64,000 nucleotides of DNA, from the NCBI GenBank assembly GCA_001606155.1, contig LODT01000035.1, forward strand, positions 484,658-548,657, in the 5' to 3' direction. A program made the position numbers and the translations under genes. Numbering within the stretch: position 1 is the first letter of the stretch; every line of letters begins with the position of its first letter. Positions 11,481-24,370 of the stretch are shown here, in pieces. This stretch comes from Tieghemostelium lacteum (lineage: Eukaryota). The notes under the pieces were generated by a model, which saw nothing but the letters and a program-made list of their open reading frames with translations, ran no database searches and was not told the origin of the DNA.

Positions 11481-11997
11481 CATTACAATTTGATAGAGTG
11501 TTTTTATAGGAATTTATAAATTCTAGATTTTTCAATTTTGGTTGAGATTGTGGTCCAGAGTCTAAATGATTTTGTAAGAGTTGGTATTGTGAGATTTCAA
11601 ATTCAGCTTTTGACAATAGTTTAGTATAGGTTTCCGAGTTATCATCTTGATAGGATTTCAATTCTCTTTTTAGCTCTACTTCTTTAATATGTAACATATC
11701 GTGTAATTGTCTAAAATAGGAGTCTAGTGATTGGGTGGTTTTGGTACTTTCTGAAACTATGAAATTATATGATTCCTCTATTGAATTTTTCTCTCTGGTT
11801 TTTTGTTTTAGTCGATCTGATATTTGGGTTTGTGATTCTGTGGCCTTTTTGATGGTATCAATAAGGGTTTTCTTATAGTCTAAAATTGAATGTTTATTAT
11901 CTTTATGTAACTTTAAACATTGTTTACATAATAATAAATTACAATTTTCACAAATATATTTAATACTGTCATCTTTATGATCGTGTAGATAATCCAT
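10429..11997 (-). CDS. B-box zinc finger / coiled-coil / C-terminal kelch-like beta-propeller protein (TRIM-like without a RING), 522 aa
   Basis: N-terminal CENCNLLLCKQCLKLHKDNKHS (B-box). Long heptad-rich region. A poly-N tract is encoded by (ATT)n on the plus strand. C-terminal repeats read YLIGGYNDNVG...IFQF, GDLIYIISGWGGDNHDYLQRIDLF and DLIYFVAGSTIHIYDI (kelch/NHL-like blades). Confidence 0.6.
11404..11480. repeat. (ATT)n microsatellite, about 25 units, encoding poly-Asn on the minus strand inside the B-box gene
   Basis: Uninterrupted attattatt... run. Confidence 0.95.
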
Positions 11998-12203
11998 GGC
12001 TTAAATACTATCGATACAAAAAACCAAAAAACTAACTTGTTACCCCACTTGCGTAAAAATAGATATCTAAAATTGTAAAATATTGCGAAAAAGATTTTTT
12101 TTATTTTTTTTTTACAATAAAATTATATTTATTTATTCAACTTAAATATTGAAATTAAATTTTGTTGACAAATCAAAGTTAACTTTATACATTTCATTGT
12201 AAT

Positions 12204-13688
12204 ATGAAGAATCTAATTGATTCTAAAAATGAATTAATTGAGAGTTTAATTGATAGTGAACATATTCACTTGAACAATAGTCAAGATAGCGGAACTGACT
12301 CAGAAATTGACAATTATTCTCAATCAGCATCATCATCATTGTCTTCAAGACATTCCTCACCATCAACATCCCCAATAACAGTTATACCAAAAAAATTCTC
12401 AAAAAAAAAGAAATCCCACTACGAAGAGGAAGAGGATACCGAAACTATTCTACTTACAAAGATTCACCACCAACATCATGGTAGTACAGATCATGACAGT
12501 GATACCGAGCTTCTAATATTTGAAAAAAGTAAATTATTAGAATCTTCAACAAGCTCACTGTTGACAAAACGTAAATCCGAAGAAGACACTACTCTTCAAG
12601 ATGGCAATACCACAACAAATAACGCAATGAGCAGTGGTAATTCTGTACTTAATAGCAGTCACAAATCATCTTCTTCATTACTCTCGGAAGATACTACAGG
12701 TCTTTTAGATAGAAATGAACTAGAATCACATTTAGTAGGTGACAATAATGATACCTCACAAATTGATAATCCTTTAAATGAAGAGTACGCAGGTATAGAT
12801 AATAAGATAAAGAATACATTTGTCTTAACAGATTATCAAAATCTACCAAGTTACCTACAAGGAAATGAGTATATAACATCAGGATATCGTGTCAATTTCC
12901 CATTTAAACTATGTCTAATGTCACTATTCAAGATGCATAATGAAACTCTAAATATATGGACACATTTAATTGGTACTATTGGTTTCTTTTTCCTTATGAT
13001 CTACACACAATTAACAATATTAGTAGATGCCGAGCCAATGGATAAATTCATATTCACTATATTCTTTTTTGGAGCCATTAGTCAAATGTTATTTTCTACC
13101 ATGTTTCATCTATTTTGTTCAGTTTCTCCTAGTATGTGTTCAAACAAAAAAAAACAAAAAGAATGTTACTAATACTTTATTATAATAGCTACTTATCTGT
13201 GGTTTGCAAGATTAGATTATACAGGTATATCATTAATGATTGTTGGTAGTTATTTTCCAGTACTCTACTACATTTTCAAATGTTTACAACCATTGGCTAC
13301 ACTATATATAACTGGTATTTCATTTTTGGGAGTTGTTGGAGTTATTGTTGGTATGTTACCAATATTTCAAACACACCGATTCAGAACCTTCAGAGCTGTG
13401 TTTTTCATTATATTTGGATTCTATATTATCATTCCATTACCACATTTATGGGTGTTGAAAGGTTTCTCCTATTTTGCACCAGTACTTTGGAGACTAATGC
13501 TTATGGGATCTATCTACATTAGTGGTGCAACTATATACTCTACTCGTTGTCCTGAGTGTTGTTGTCCAGGTAAATTAGATTATGGTTGGAGTAGTCATCC
13601 AATATGGCATATATTTTGTATTGTTGCTGCTCTAACTCAATATTATGTTTGTATTTATTCTTATAACAATTATGGTCAAACATGTTAA
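12204..13688 (+). CDS. PAQR family receptor (adiponectin-receptor / hemolysin-III related) with a long Ser-rich N-terminal extension; join(12204..13131,13189..13688)
   Basis: YRVNFPFKLCLMSLFKMHNETLNIWTHLIG (the NETxNIWTHL motif of AdipoR/PAQR). STMFHLFCSVSP before the intron. Then RLDYTGISLMIVGSYFP... and STRCPECCCPGKLDYGWSSHPIWHIFCIVAA, matching the AdipoR C-terminal histidine motifs. A 57-nt intron has a GTATGT donor and a TATAATAG acceptor, phase 1. Confidence 0.8.
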
Positions 13689-14114
13689 ACCTTTAGTAAT
13701 AAATCCATTATTTATTACTTGGGACCAATATTTATTTGAAAATCATTATTATTTTTTTTTTAATATCTTTTATGTTAAAACATGTCAATTCATTTTATTG
13801 ACTTAAATGGTTTGATATTTATTTTTGCTAGTATAAATAGTTTAATTTATTTTTCATTTTATTCATTCAATTTAAATATCAATTATTTATTCAAAACATA
13901 CAAAAAATGATTTATCGTAAGTGTTTTCTAATTTAAAAAATAAATTTACTTTAAACTAATTATTTTTTATAGAATCCTTAGCTAATATGTCTCCAGTTTC
14001 TGGTCCAATTTTAAGAGGAACTCTCAATTCTTCTACCAATATTGGTGCTAAACAATCAAGAGATGAATTATCATGGTGGGGTGGAAGAAGAGGTTGTGGT
14101 AGAAGAAATGATGT

Positions 14115-14155
14115 CAATATTGATATTGATATTGACATTGATATTAACATTGGTA
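14115..14155. repeat. (GATATT)n-like short tandem repeat in an intergenic region
   Basis: caatattgatattgatattgacattgatattaacatt. Confidence 0.8.
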
Positions 14156-14249
14156 ATAATAGATGTTAAACACTACATTTATTTATAAAATAAATTAATT
14201 TTTATTTTATTTTAAAAAATCAAATATTTGTTTTTGAAAATTCATTTCA

Positions 14250-16637
14250 ATGAACATGAATTCAAATAATAATAGTTTAAATCAATCATTTAATACAGCA
14301 TCATTAACATCATCATTGGATTCAAATCATAGTGATTTACCACAATTTCCTACAAATGGACTTATAGGTAACAGATTTAGTATTAGTAGTAAAAATAGAG
14401 ATCTGACGACATCAGAAGAAGAAGATAATAACAATACATTAGAGTACAATACAGACTATGGATCAATAGTAACGGACGATAGACTAAGAATGGATATTGA
14501 TAAGTTAAAAGGTGAATTAGAACTAAAGTTTGATATTGATTTCACCAGTTCTCACCAATGGGAAGAGATAATGATGGGTGACGATATGGAAATGGAACTT
14601 AAACAATACGAAATGCAAGATAAGATCATAGAAGATGCACTTAGAAAAGGTATTGATATCACACAGTTTAGTGAAGAGGTTGACGACGCACTTAGACGCT
14701 ATTCAAATGAGATTTCAGAACTCTATCAACAAAGTATTCCAGACTATGTTTTAGAACGTGAGACTTTTGCAACAATGTATCAGACTATAAAATCAAGTGG
14801 GGAACTTTTAAATGGTTTCGAAGAGATGCTTCAAAAGTTTCATTCAGAATTGACAAATATCTCAAAAGAGATGAGATCTCTCCAGGAGTTGTCAATAACC
14901 CAACATGCAAAATGTTCTAATCGTAAACAAGTTGTAGAGAAACTCAATAAGATTATAGATGAAGTTAATATAGCCGATGATTTGGTTGTACTTTTAAGTC
15001 AAGGTGAGGTGAATGATCAGTATCTTCAGTACCTTTCATTGTTTAGTCGAAAACTAGGTAGTATAAGATCAATGAAATCAGGTAGTGTTTATGCAGCTAA
15101 AGAAGTTGAAGACTCAGCTGTTAGGCTTCTAAATAAGGTTCTAGAGAAAGTCTATAAATTCTTTATCACACAGTTTAATCATATTTCGAATTTTAATTGT
15201 TTACAATCTAAACAACAAGAACTGACATTGTATAGACAAGCCTTTATATTCATCTACAAAAACACTAGAAATATTGCAAGACAGTTATATGAACAGTACA
15301 AAGACATTACAGAACGTATCTACAGTAGTTATATTAAAAGCTATATAGTATTTCTTGAGAAACTACAAATGGAGGCTACCTCTAGAAATGATCTTATTGC
15401 AATTCCAGAGAGTAAGACAAAAGGTTTCTTCAGTAGCAAGAGTAATAAACTTCAAGTGAAAACCAGTATCTATACTGTTGAGTCTAGAATACAGATACTC
15501 TCTGAACTCGATTTACCAGCACTCAACCAACAGTCTCTCTCTAGTGGTACCTCTGCAGTTACCAATCAGATAAAGTACCCTTATGAGGTTATATTCAGAT
15601 CTTTGATATTCTTTATCATTGATCTCGTGGCTTTTGAAAATATGTTTGTAAAAGACTATTTTCTATCGAACCAAGATTCCTCTCCATTTACATTTGGAAA
15701 ATCTGAACAAATGTTCATTGAAAATCTTTCAAGCTATCTCGGCTCTACCTATGACCTAGTCGCCTTACTTTTAGTTGTATGCATAACTGGGAAATACAGA
15801 ATGAAAATGACAAGTAAGAGTATCATAGTTGTAGATAATATGTTTAAACAAGTGCTGGATCTGACAAATAGACGTATTCAAATGCTTTTTGATGAGAATT
15901 TAGAGTCTATTAGAAATGCAAGTATTAAGGATTTAGGTCCTATAGAAGAGAACAGAACTCACTATATAATAAGAAGATACTCTGAATTGATTGGGTCTAT
16001 ATCTATACTCTTTGAGTATATACCTGTAGAGACACAACCTATCATTATTGAATCTACTGCTATAATGAGAGTGGAGATGTCAAAACTTATCAACAAACTC
16101 TCTGAAGAGATTAAAGATAGAATTTGTAGATATATATTTCTACTCAATAACTATGACCTTATACTGACAATTCTAGTTGATAAACTTAATGTCTCTAACG
16201 ATGATAAAGACTTTTGGTTGGTTTTGTATGAAAAGGAGTCTGAGCAATATTCTATGGAACAGTTAATGTCATTCCCCTATTTCAAGAGAGTAATGATGAT
16301 TGTAAAGGAACTGTTCCCACTTATTAACCTCTACACACCTGAAGAAATCAATCATCCTCAGTTGAAAAAGGAGATTCATGAATCTATCTTAAAGGATTTC
16401 AGTCAAAACTGGAGATCGGGTATTGAAGAAATGAATGTAATAGTAACCCAACAATTTCCAAATTTCAAAAATGGTATGAAAATATTTCAGAGAATTCTTG
16501 ATCAACTATTTAACAATTACAAACAATTCACTCAAATTGTTCTAAAGTATTTTAAATCACTTAAAAACTCACAATACTTTATACCAGAAACTGAAATCTC
16601 TTATGAAATTAAAAAGTATTATGTTTCATTTGATTAA
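14250..16637 (+). CDS. vps52: Vacuolar protein sorting-associated protein 52 (GARP complex subunit) homolog, 795 aa
   Basis: Segment IPDYVLERETFATMYQTIKSSGELLNGFEEMLQKFHSELTNISKEMRSLQELSITQHAKCSNRKQVVEKLNKIIDEVNIADDLVVLL aligns with the conserved human VPS52 region IRDYIQESENIASLHNQITACDAVLERMEQMLGAFQSDLSSISSEIRTLQEQSGAMNIRLRNRQAV... It is a single long ORF. Confidence 0.75.
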   Translation: MNMNSNNNSLNQSFNTASLTSSLDSNHSDLPQFPTNGLIGNRFSISSKNRDLTTSEEEDNNNTLEYNTDYGSIVTDDRLRMDIDKLKGELELKFDIDFTSSHQWEEIMMGDDMEMELKQYEMQDKIIEDALRKGIDITQFSEEVDDALRRYSNEISELYQQSIPDYVLERETFATMYQTIKSSGELLNGFEEMLQKFHSELTNISKEMRSLQELSITQHAKCSNRKQVVEKLNKIIDEVNIADDLVVLLSQGEVNDQYLQYLSLFSRKLGSIRSMKSGSVYAAKEVEDSAVRLLNKVLEKVYKFFITQFNHISNFNCLQSKQQELTLYRQAFIFIYKNTRNIARQLYEQYKDITERIYSSYIKSYIVFLEKLQMEATSRNDLIAIPESKTKGFFSSKSNKLQVKTSIYTVESRIQILSELDLPALNQQSLSSGTSAVTNQIKYPYEVIFRSLIFFIIDLVAFENMFVKDYFLSNQDSSPFTFGKSEQMFIENLSSYLGSTYDLVALLLVVCITGKYRMKMTSKSIIVVDNMFKQVLDLTNRRIQMLFDENLESIRNASIKDLGPIEENRTHYIIRRYSELIGSISILFEYIPVETQPIIIESTAIMRVEMSKLINKLSEEIKDRICRYIFLLNNYDLILTILVDKLNVSNDDKDFWLVLYEKESEQYSMEQLMSFPYFKRVMMIVKELFPLINLYTPEEINHPQLKKEIHESILKDFSQNWRSGIEEMNVIVTQQFPNFKNGMKIFQRILDQLFNNYKQFTQIVLKYFKSLKNSQYFIPETEISYEIKKYYVSFD

Positions 16638-16773
16638 TTTAATTAAAATGTATTAGTCTATTCCTTTTTTTTTTTTTTGAGTATAGTATAAATTATAATT
16701 TTAATTTCGATTAGATAAATTGAAACTATTTTTATATTTGTTGATAAAAGTTCACAAAAGTATTTTTGTAAAT

Positions 16774-16804
<31 letters not shown>

Positions 16805-16850
16805 GATTTTTCATTTGTGATAATATAGTAATTTTAATAGGAACTAATTC

Positions 16851-19800
16851 ATGGATAACAAAACTAAGGAACTTGAATTATTATTAAATGAATTTTTTAC
16901 ACTTGAAGGAAATAACCCAAAAAGAACTGAATTAGGTAATGTTTAAATTGAGATTTAGTTTATGATATTTTTTATTGAGAGTTTAAATGAAGTACATTAG
17001 TTATTTTGAAGGATGATACTAACTGTTGGATTTTGGATCTATAGATAAATTCTTGACAAATTACAAATCACAAGCAGAATCATTTGAACATGCTAAATAC
17101 TATCTTGTACACTCGACCAACAACTATGTTCTATGGTTCTCACTATTGGTAATTGAACATAAAGTTTGTAAAGCATGGTATACAATGGCACCACAAGATC
17201 AGAACGATACAAAAACCTATCTCTATGAAACCTATCTCAAACCAAATAATCAATTTCCAACATTTATCAACGCAAAGTTGGGTCAAATTCTAGCAGATAT
17301 TGGACGAAATGAATTTTCACCAACCTCAGCAACAGAGTATATTTCTAATATAGCAAACCTCATAAGAGTCAGTATAATAGTTATCATATATACAGGTCTC
17401 ACTATACTCTTAAAAATAAGAGATGACTCCTCAAAAAACAAACAGTGTCAATTGTAATTGTATCCTCCCTCCCAAAAAAATTTTTCAAAAAATCTAAGGT
17501 GGAAAAAACCCCTAAACCTCTCACTCTGTAGAGGACCTAAATTACTTATTTTTAGAGCATAGTGAATAGTCAAATGATTATATTTTGATTTATTAGTACT
17601 AACACTCATTATTATATTTAGAATCCAGTTACTAGTTTAAGAGGTGTAAATTTATTACAATATATATCAGAGGAATTTCTGACAACTAAACACTTTTTAC
17701 CTCAACAGAAAAAGAATGAATTAAAGAAACTATTAATATTACAGGTTCCATTGGTCATATCAGTTCTCACAGAATATCTATCTAATCTTTTTGCTCAGAA
17801 TGCAGAAAAAAAACTACCATTTAAAAATAATAATAATAACCTATCTTCAATTGCACACTTTGCTGTTGGTTCACCAGATACCAATACCTATACAGGTTCA
17901 TTCTCAAATGAAACTAAACTTTTAACAAAAGCTGTTTTTGGTAGGTTTTATTCATATAAATATTTTTGATATTGAAAGGTAGAGTACTAACATTTTCAAT
18001 TAAATGATATATAGATGCATTAACAAGTTACTTTCAATGGATACCTTTGAATGAACTTTTAACACCAGTATTATTAGATGTATTATTTAAATATTTAAGA
18101 TTAGATAATAACAGTATACCAGCATTGATGTGTTTAAATGAAATATTATCAAAGAATTGTGTACCTAAGGAATTTGAAGAGTTTTTAATGAGAATATTTC
18201 ATCAGATATTCTCATTGATGACAGATATCATTGCCAACCCTAATCTATACAATAGTGATTTCCTAAACAAATTTACACAGTTTATCAATTTGTTTGTCAG
18301 TAATCATCTAAGACGTGTAGAGAATAATCCCAATTTCCCAATATCAGATTTCCTCTCCTTACTCTTTCAATACAGTTTCTTACAGCCTTCATCTGAATCT
18401 TTCCTCTCCTGTATTGAGATTTGGAATAAGTTTTTAGATTACCTAATCACACAGTCAACTGAAAAATCACAACCTGCACCAACCAAATATACAGATGGTC
18501 TATTACTATTCCAATCTGAACTAGTAAAAAGAACTCTATTTTCTTTTTCTAAAAATATTTTATCTCAAATAGATGATGAAGAAGAGGATATTGATGAAGA
18601 AGAAAATGTATGTAAAAATATTAAATAATTATCATCATCATCAATAGTCAACTAATTAAATTATAAACTATCACTATTCTAGGTTGAAACAAAATTTGAT
18701 AATTATATTAAACAATGTATTGAAGTAGTAGCAAAAATTACAGAATTATATCCAAACAAATCATTAGAAAATCTAGTATGTCATTATAAATTATAATTTT
18801 TTAAAATTTAGTATTAATTAATGTTTTTTGTTATATATAGTATCCATTATTTACAGAAAATGTAACATCATTTTTTGGTAAAACAGAAGAAACAATTAAA
18901 CAGGGATTAATAATGGATCAGAATGATGAAACTCTAAATAATTTGGTTAAAGATATTACTACTATATTGTTTTTGTTTAGTAGATTGGCAAATCAATTTG
19001 TATTGTCATTTGGTCCAACCTATATTGCAGCAAATTTTATATTTCAAAAACTACTGGATATGTGTTCATTCAGTAACCAAAATAAGACATTTAAATTTGG
19101 AGAGGATTGGGAGAAATTACAGTTACAGTTATTAAATACTATTAGGTCATTCAATTATTGGTTGTTAGAGTATGGCAATCAAGTTCGTACCGTACCATCA
19201 CAACAACCTGATTTTGATAATAGTATCAGTAAATTAATTACTGTAATTGGTCCACTGTTTTCATTGGGTATTCCTGAGGAGATTTCAATATGTGCAGGTA
19301 AACTTTTAATGACATTGGTTGTAGTCTCTAAACCTATAAATCTCCTACAGCTGATGGATAATATGATTGCAGGAATTCATCAAGTTTGTGGTCCATTGTC
19401 ACCTGGTGTTCAAAGTATAATATTCTCTGCTATTAGTTGTACTATTTTGATCCCACCTTCCAATGTCAATTTATCACATCAATGGGATGTCAGACGTCCA
19501 AAATACTCTCCATTTATCAAAGGTATCACAAGTGGTTATTTGGAACTCAAACAGATTCCTGGATTTATTGATGCAAAGATCTACGATAAACCAGAAGTGG
19601 TTCAGAGAGTACATAGAACACTAAAGATACTGAAAGGTATTATAAGATCAGTTCCAGATCTCTCAATGGCAAAAGGTATTCTACATGACGCAATTCAAGA
19701 TACACTTCCAATGACTTTGGAACTCGTAGGAATATATTCCAAACGTCCAGATGTTTTAGAAATCATTTTAGACTTTTTCTTGACACTCTTTGAACAATTG

Positions 19801-20565
19801 AAAACTCAAGTTGGTATTGTTTTCCTACAACAAACCATAGCACAGTTTATTGATGCAGTTGGTGGTGGAGATAATCTCAATCAAATGCTCATGAATTCTC
19901 AAACTAATCCAATGGGTTCCAATATGGTCAGTAAACTCTTGCAGATATTGGCATTTGCCATTCAAACCAGTGGAAATTCATTTGAAAGTCTATTGACAAA
20001 CACTGTTGATTTTGCAATGGATAAGATCTATCCATGTATTGTAAATTCAACCTCACCAGTTCTACCATACTTTTTCACCTTACTCCATTGCATTTTGGAT
20101 AATCAGTGGAAACATTTGAAAGCTAATCAAACTCAAAGGCTATTACTCACCTTCCAGAATTCTTTTTGTCATGAAACCAATGTAAATCTATTTAAACAAA
20201 ATCTCGATGCTTTTGAAAAACTCAAAACCAAAGTGAAACTCTATGACAAGATTGCTCAGATGGAACATATCTTTGGTTGTACTTTTATAACTGTCTTCTT
20301 TGACATTTTAATTGCTAACCAACAATCTGTTCAAAATGAAGATATCATCAATACCATCTATCATTTTGCATCTGTCAACTTTGATAAATTTTTCCAAGAG
20401 TTTCTCAATTCCTATCTCCTTTCAAAACAAATCACCAATGAACAAAAATCAAAACTTCTTTCAAATTTCACTATGGATAAAGATCAACCAACTTTCAATG
20501 CAAACATGAATCAATTTATAAATGATTACTGTTTTTATTCCTATTTAAATAATAATACTCAATAA
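16851..20565 (+). CDS. xpo6: Exportin-6 homolog; 6 exons join(16851..16935,17045..17367,17622..17940,18015..18607,18683..18775,18841..20565), about 1045 aa
   Basis: N-terminal importin-beta domain (ELELLLNEFF..., DKFLTNYKSQAESFEHAKYYLVHSTNNYVLWFSL). Mid-region ALMCLNEILSKNCVPKEFEEFLMRIF...FLNKFTQFINLFVSNHLRRVENNPNFPISDFLSLLFQYSFLQPSSESFLSCIEIWNKFLDYL is near-identical in pattern to human XPO6 AMSCINELMSKNCVPMEFEEYLLRMF...FLRLFVSVHLRRIESYSQFPVVEFLTLLFKYTFHQP...FSCLDIWTLFLDYL. The C-terminus (LLSNFTMDKDQPTFNANMNQFINDY) matches XPO6 (VLGRNFKMDRDLPSFTQNVHRLVNDL). Intron donors are GTAATG, GTCAGT, GTAGGT, GTATGT and GTATGT. All phases are consistent. Confidence 0.85.
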
Positions 20566-21000
20566 TAATAATAATAATAATAATACCTAATAATACAATA
20601 TATTTATAAATTTAAAATAACACAAAAATCACAACCTATTATATATATAACACCACAATAACAATAACAAATCAACAACACAAAACTAAAACATAACACC
20701 AATCACCATTTTCATCATCCTTTATAGTGAATATTTATAATAACATTAATAATAGTAATAAAATATAGCCCATCATTTTTGAGAGAGACATAAATCATCT
20801 TTCTAAACAAAAATGAATTCATAGTAATAAAATTAGATTAATAAAATAATATGACTTCAATTAATTTATGTTTCCAAGTTATCCTCTATTCCAGTCTCCC
20901 AAGTTTTTTGATTTTTTTAAAAATTTTCATTTTCCTTCACCCCGTATATCACCTATCGAACTTTGAATTTGTCTCATAACTATTTAGGTGATGATTATAT

Positions 21001-22683
21001 ATGAATATCAAACCAAAAACATTCTTAATTAAACATTCTGCTAAAACTAAACCGATCCATGTAAATAGAAATAATAGTTTTACAAATAGAAATGATTCTC
21101 AATCCGTGTACACCACCAATCTCAACAATAACAATAACAATAACAATAACAATAACAATAGTAACCAACGCAGTAATGATTTGATTGAGAAATACTTAAA
21201 TACAAATCTAAAGTATGAGATAAAAGGAAAAACCGACTCTGATATAGACTTAGATATAGATTCTGATAAGGAATATGATAGATCTCAACAAAAAAAGAAA
21301 AGAAGACATAGTAGATTGAGAACCTCACAAAGTAGTGCAACAAGTCCAAAAAGTAGTGATAGTGAATCTACCAAACTCACTCAAAAGAAATTTAAAAACA
21401 ATGATGATCCTGATCAATTTTGGAACTTTAGTGACGATAATAACAGTAATAGTGGATATATAAATAACAATAGTAATAACAATAATAGTGTTGCTAATAA
21501 CCTATTAAACCAAAACGATATATGTATGAACTTTGATATAAATGATTATATATCAATTTCAGAACCAGAATCATCACCTCCGTCATCAAATGATATTTTA
21601 ATAGATTCAAAATATAATAATATCAATTTACACAGTAAATCTGAACTGAATTTACTTTCAAATAACAATCCTTTAAAATATAATAGTAGTTCATTGAACT
21701 ATAAGAATAGTAGTAGTGATAGTGATAGTAGTAGCAGTAGTCAATCTAGTAGTGATGGTAGTTTAAGCGCGAGCAGTTGTAATGAAGATAATGATTACTT
21801 TCAACCATATGTATTTAAAACACCACCAAAACCAAAAGAAAAACATGAGGATAGTGAAGGATCATCAAATGAATATGACAGTTCATATGATGAAGGTTCT
21901 TTATATCCGAAAAATAATAATAATAATAATATAATTAATAATCGAGTAGAGAATGATGTACAATATTATAAAAGAGTGGCTGCTGAGATACCTAATTATC
22001 AAGGAAAATTCTACGATCCTAAAGAGGAAACTCATTATCCACCAACTCTCATTTACAATCCAAATATTCTAAGCCCAAACCAAACCAATAAATTCCTAAA
22101 GCAAGCAAAATCAAAATTACAAGGTTTCTCTCAGAGCCTTGTTCAAATTGGTTTACCACCAAAACCTGTAGATACCATCCCAGAAAGTTCATTATTAGAT
22201 ATACTCCATAGCTATGGTTACAATACTATAGAGGCTTTGAAATCAATTGATTTCTCTACACTACACTCTATTGACTCTACTCTGGAAAATCATATTGCTA
22301 CACATTGGACCAGTGAAGAACTACTCCTATTTGAAAAAGCATTTATTTACCTTGGTAAACAAAATCTAAGGTTGTTTCCTTTATATGTATGTATTTACTA
22401 ATTATCTATCTGTTGGAGATTTGATTTTAAGATCTAATCAAATATGTTTTAAAAAAAGATAAAAACTAAATCCATGGTTCAAATTGTAGAATATTACTAT
22501 TATTGGAAATTGAGTCCTGTCTATAAAAATATGAAAAGAAATTTCTTTATTTACCAAGGTCCTCGTTTGGATCCAGTACCACCTAATTTTTCAGATAATA
22601 TACCATCAAGTTCTGTTTTAATTGAACCATTTGATAAAGAAGCGATTAAAATAAAATTAAAAAGAAAAAAATCAATTAAATAA
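21001..22683 (+). CDS. ELM2- and SANT/Myb-domain protein (MIER/MTA-like chromatin co-repressor family); join(21001..22386,22459..22683)
   Basis: The low-complexity N-terminal half is poly-N encoded by (AACAAT)n. Then YYKRVAAEIPNYQGKFYDP... (ELM2-like). SANT domain WTSEELLLFEKAFIYLGKQNLRLFPLY / IKTKSMVQIVEYYYYWK spans a 72-nt GTATGT...AAAAAAAG intron. The 17-aa spacing between GK and IVEYYY.WK matches MTA1. Confidence 0.55.
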
Positions 22684-23021
22684 CTAGAACAAATAAAACC
22701 ATTGAACCCTTAATTAAGCTATAATACTAATTAAATAAAGATTACTTCTTTTTTGAGACATATAATTAGAAAAATAATTCTTTTGAAAATTATTTTATCA
22801 TAATTTATTATAAAAATGGGTATTTTTGTTTCTGAATATTTGTTGTTTGATAGAGGGATGTTGGTTTTGCATTATTATAGTAGTTATAAATATATATATT
22901 ATAATGTTTATATATTTTAAGTTTGGGGGTGGAGGGAGGAGTTTTTGGAAAAAAAAAAAGAGGTTGTATAACTAACAAATTGTTATTATGTTCTACTATT
23001 GTATATTATTTGGCACTACTA

Positions 23022-23941
23022 CTAAAATTTTTGTTTCTTTTCACTTTTATGGTCATCTAAAACTAATCTTACATCATCAACTTTTGTCATAACATCTAGT
23101 AGTGGTAACAGAGTTAATAGTTCCCTATCATTTTCATCATCAAACCAACTGTCGATTGGGAATGCATTTTCAGGGTGAAACATATAGGAACTTGGTGAAT
23201 TATCTACAATTATAGTCGATTTAAGGTCTCTTCCAATTCTAGAGAGATCTTTTACATAGTTGCCCTTGTGATTATGACAGGACTCTCTAAAAAGTCGATA
23301 GTGTACTACATGATAAATATCCAAAAAATTTAAAACTGGATCCGCATATTTTGCCAAACTTGCTGTGAATACTACTATTTCAAACTTGTCGCCAACAGCC
23401 TTCAAAAATTCATCGACACCTGGTCTCTTTACAACATAGACCTGATGTACTTCTCCTTCAATCTCTACTGGCACTATAAAATCGGCATTTTGAACTGGTT
23501 TAAATGATGAATGTACTAGTGTTTCATCAAGATCCAATACCAATGTCTTTTTACCAATGTGTTTAGATAGCATTGGTCCCAATAGATATTCTTGTCCTGT
23601 CGCAGATCCATTTACATGGGTCAATTCTTGTTTGTTGTTTAGTTTTTGATTATTCTTTTGTTGATTATTACTTGCTCCATCATCATCATTATTTCCTACT
23701 TTTGGTATAAAACAACATAATATTGAACTAAATATTCCCTTTTTTTTTAATTTATTACCTTTTAAGAAGAATCACATTAGTATTAGTAACTATATTATTA
23801 TGATGAGTATTTTAGTACAAACCTTTAACTGATTTATTAGGAAAATTATTTAAACTATTTTGTGATATTAATGATGTACTAGAGTGATTTAAATTATCTG
23901 ATGGTCTTTGAACCTGTGTGATGGGTGAATTATTGTCCATT
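23022..23941 (-). CDS. CTD small phosphatase (SCP/CTDSP, FCP1-homology domain); catalytic exon 23022..23738 plus N-terminal exon ending at about 23825-23831 and starting at 23941
   Basis: DLDETLVHSSFKPVQNADFIVPVEIEGEVHQVYVVKRPGVDEFL...FTASLAKYADPV...RLFRESCHNHKGNYVKDLSRIGRDL...IVDNSPSSYMFHPENAFPIDSWFDD is near-identical to human CTDSP1. Upstream exon MDNNSPITQVQRPSDNLNHSSTSLISQNSLNNFPNKSVK. Then GIFSSILCCF (compare human GILHSLFCCV). The exact junction is ambiguous (see findings). Confidence 0.85.
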
Positions 23942-24370
23942 ATAGCCTTGGTCTCTATGGGTGTGTGATTTATAAATAAATTATTTACTAATACAAATGT
24001 ATATATGATTACAAGTTTTGTTGTGGTTAGGATGTTTTTTGTGTTGTTTTTTTTTTTTGTTGATTGAAATAAACTTTTTGATTGATTTGAAATTAAACTA
24101 CTAAAGAAATTGATTAATTTGTAAGTAAATGGTTTTTTTTTTCTTGCTAAAAGTCGAGATTATATCATTATTCCAAATTCAACAATTGAAAAAATATATT
24201 ATATTATAAATAAATAAAATAAAAATTGAAATGAAATAAAAGATTATAACAGTTAACTTTAAAAATAAATCATAAAGATGTTTAAAAAGTAGCAGAAACC
24301 AAAAAAAAAGTTATAAATTTGGTTTTATATGAATGATAAAACAAAAATATGATAGATGTGTGAAATTTTG

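Noticed and set aside
13956-14169. Overlapping small ORFs on both strands
   Set aside because: They span the (GATATT)n repeat and have no coding character.
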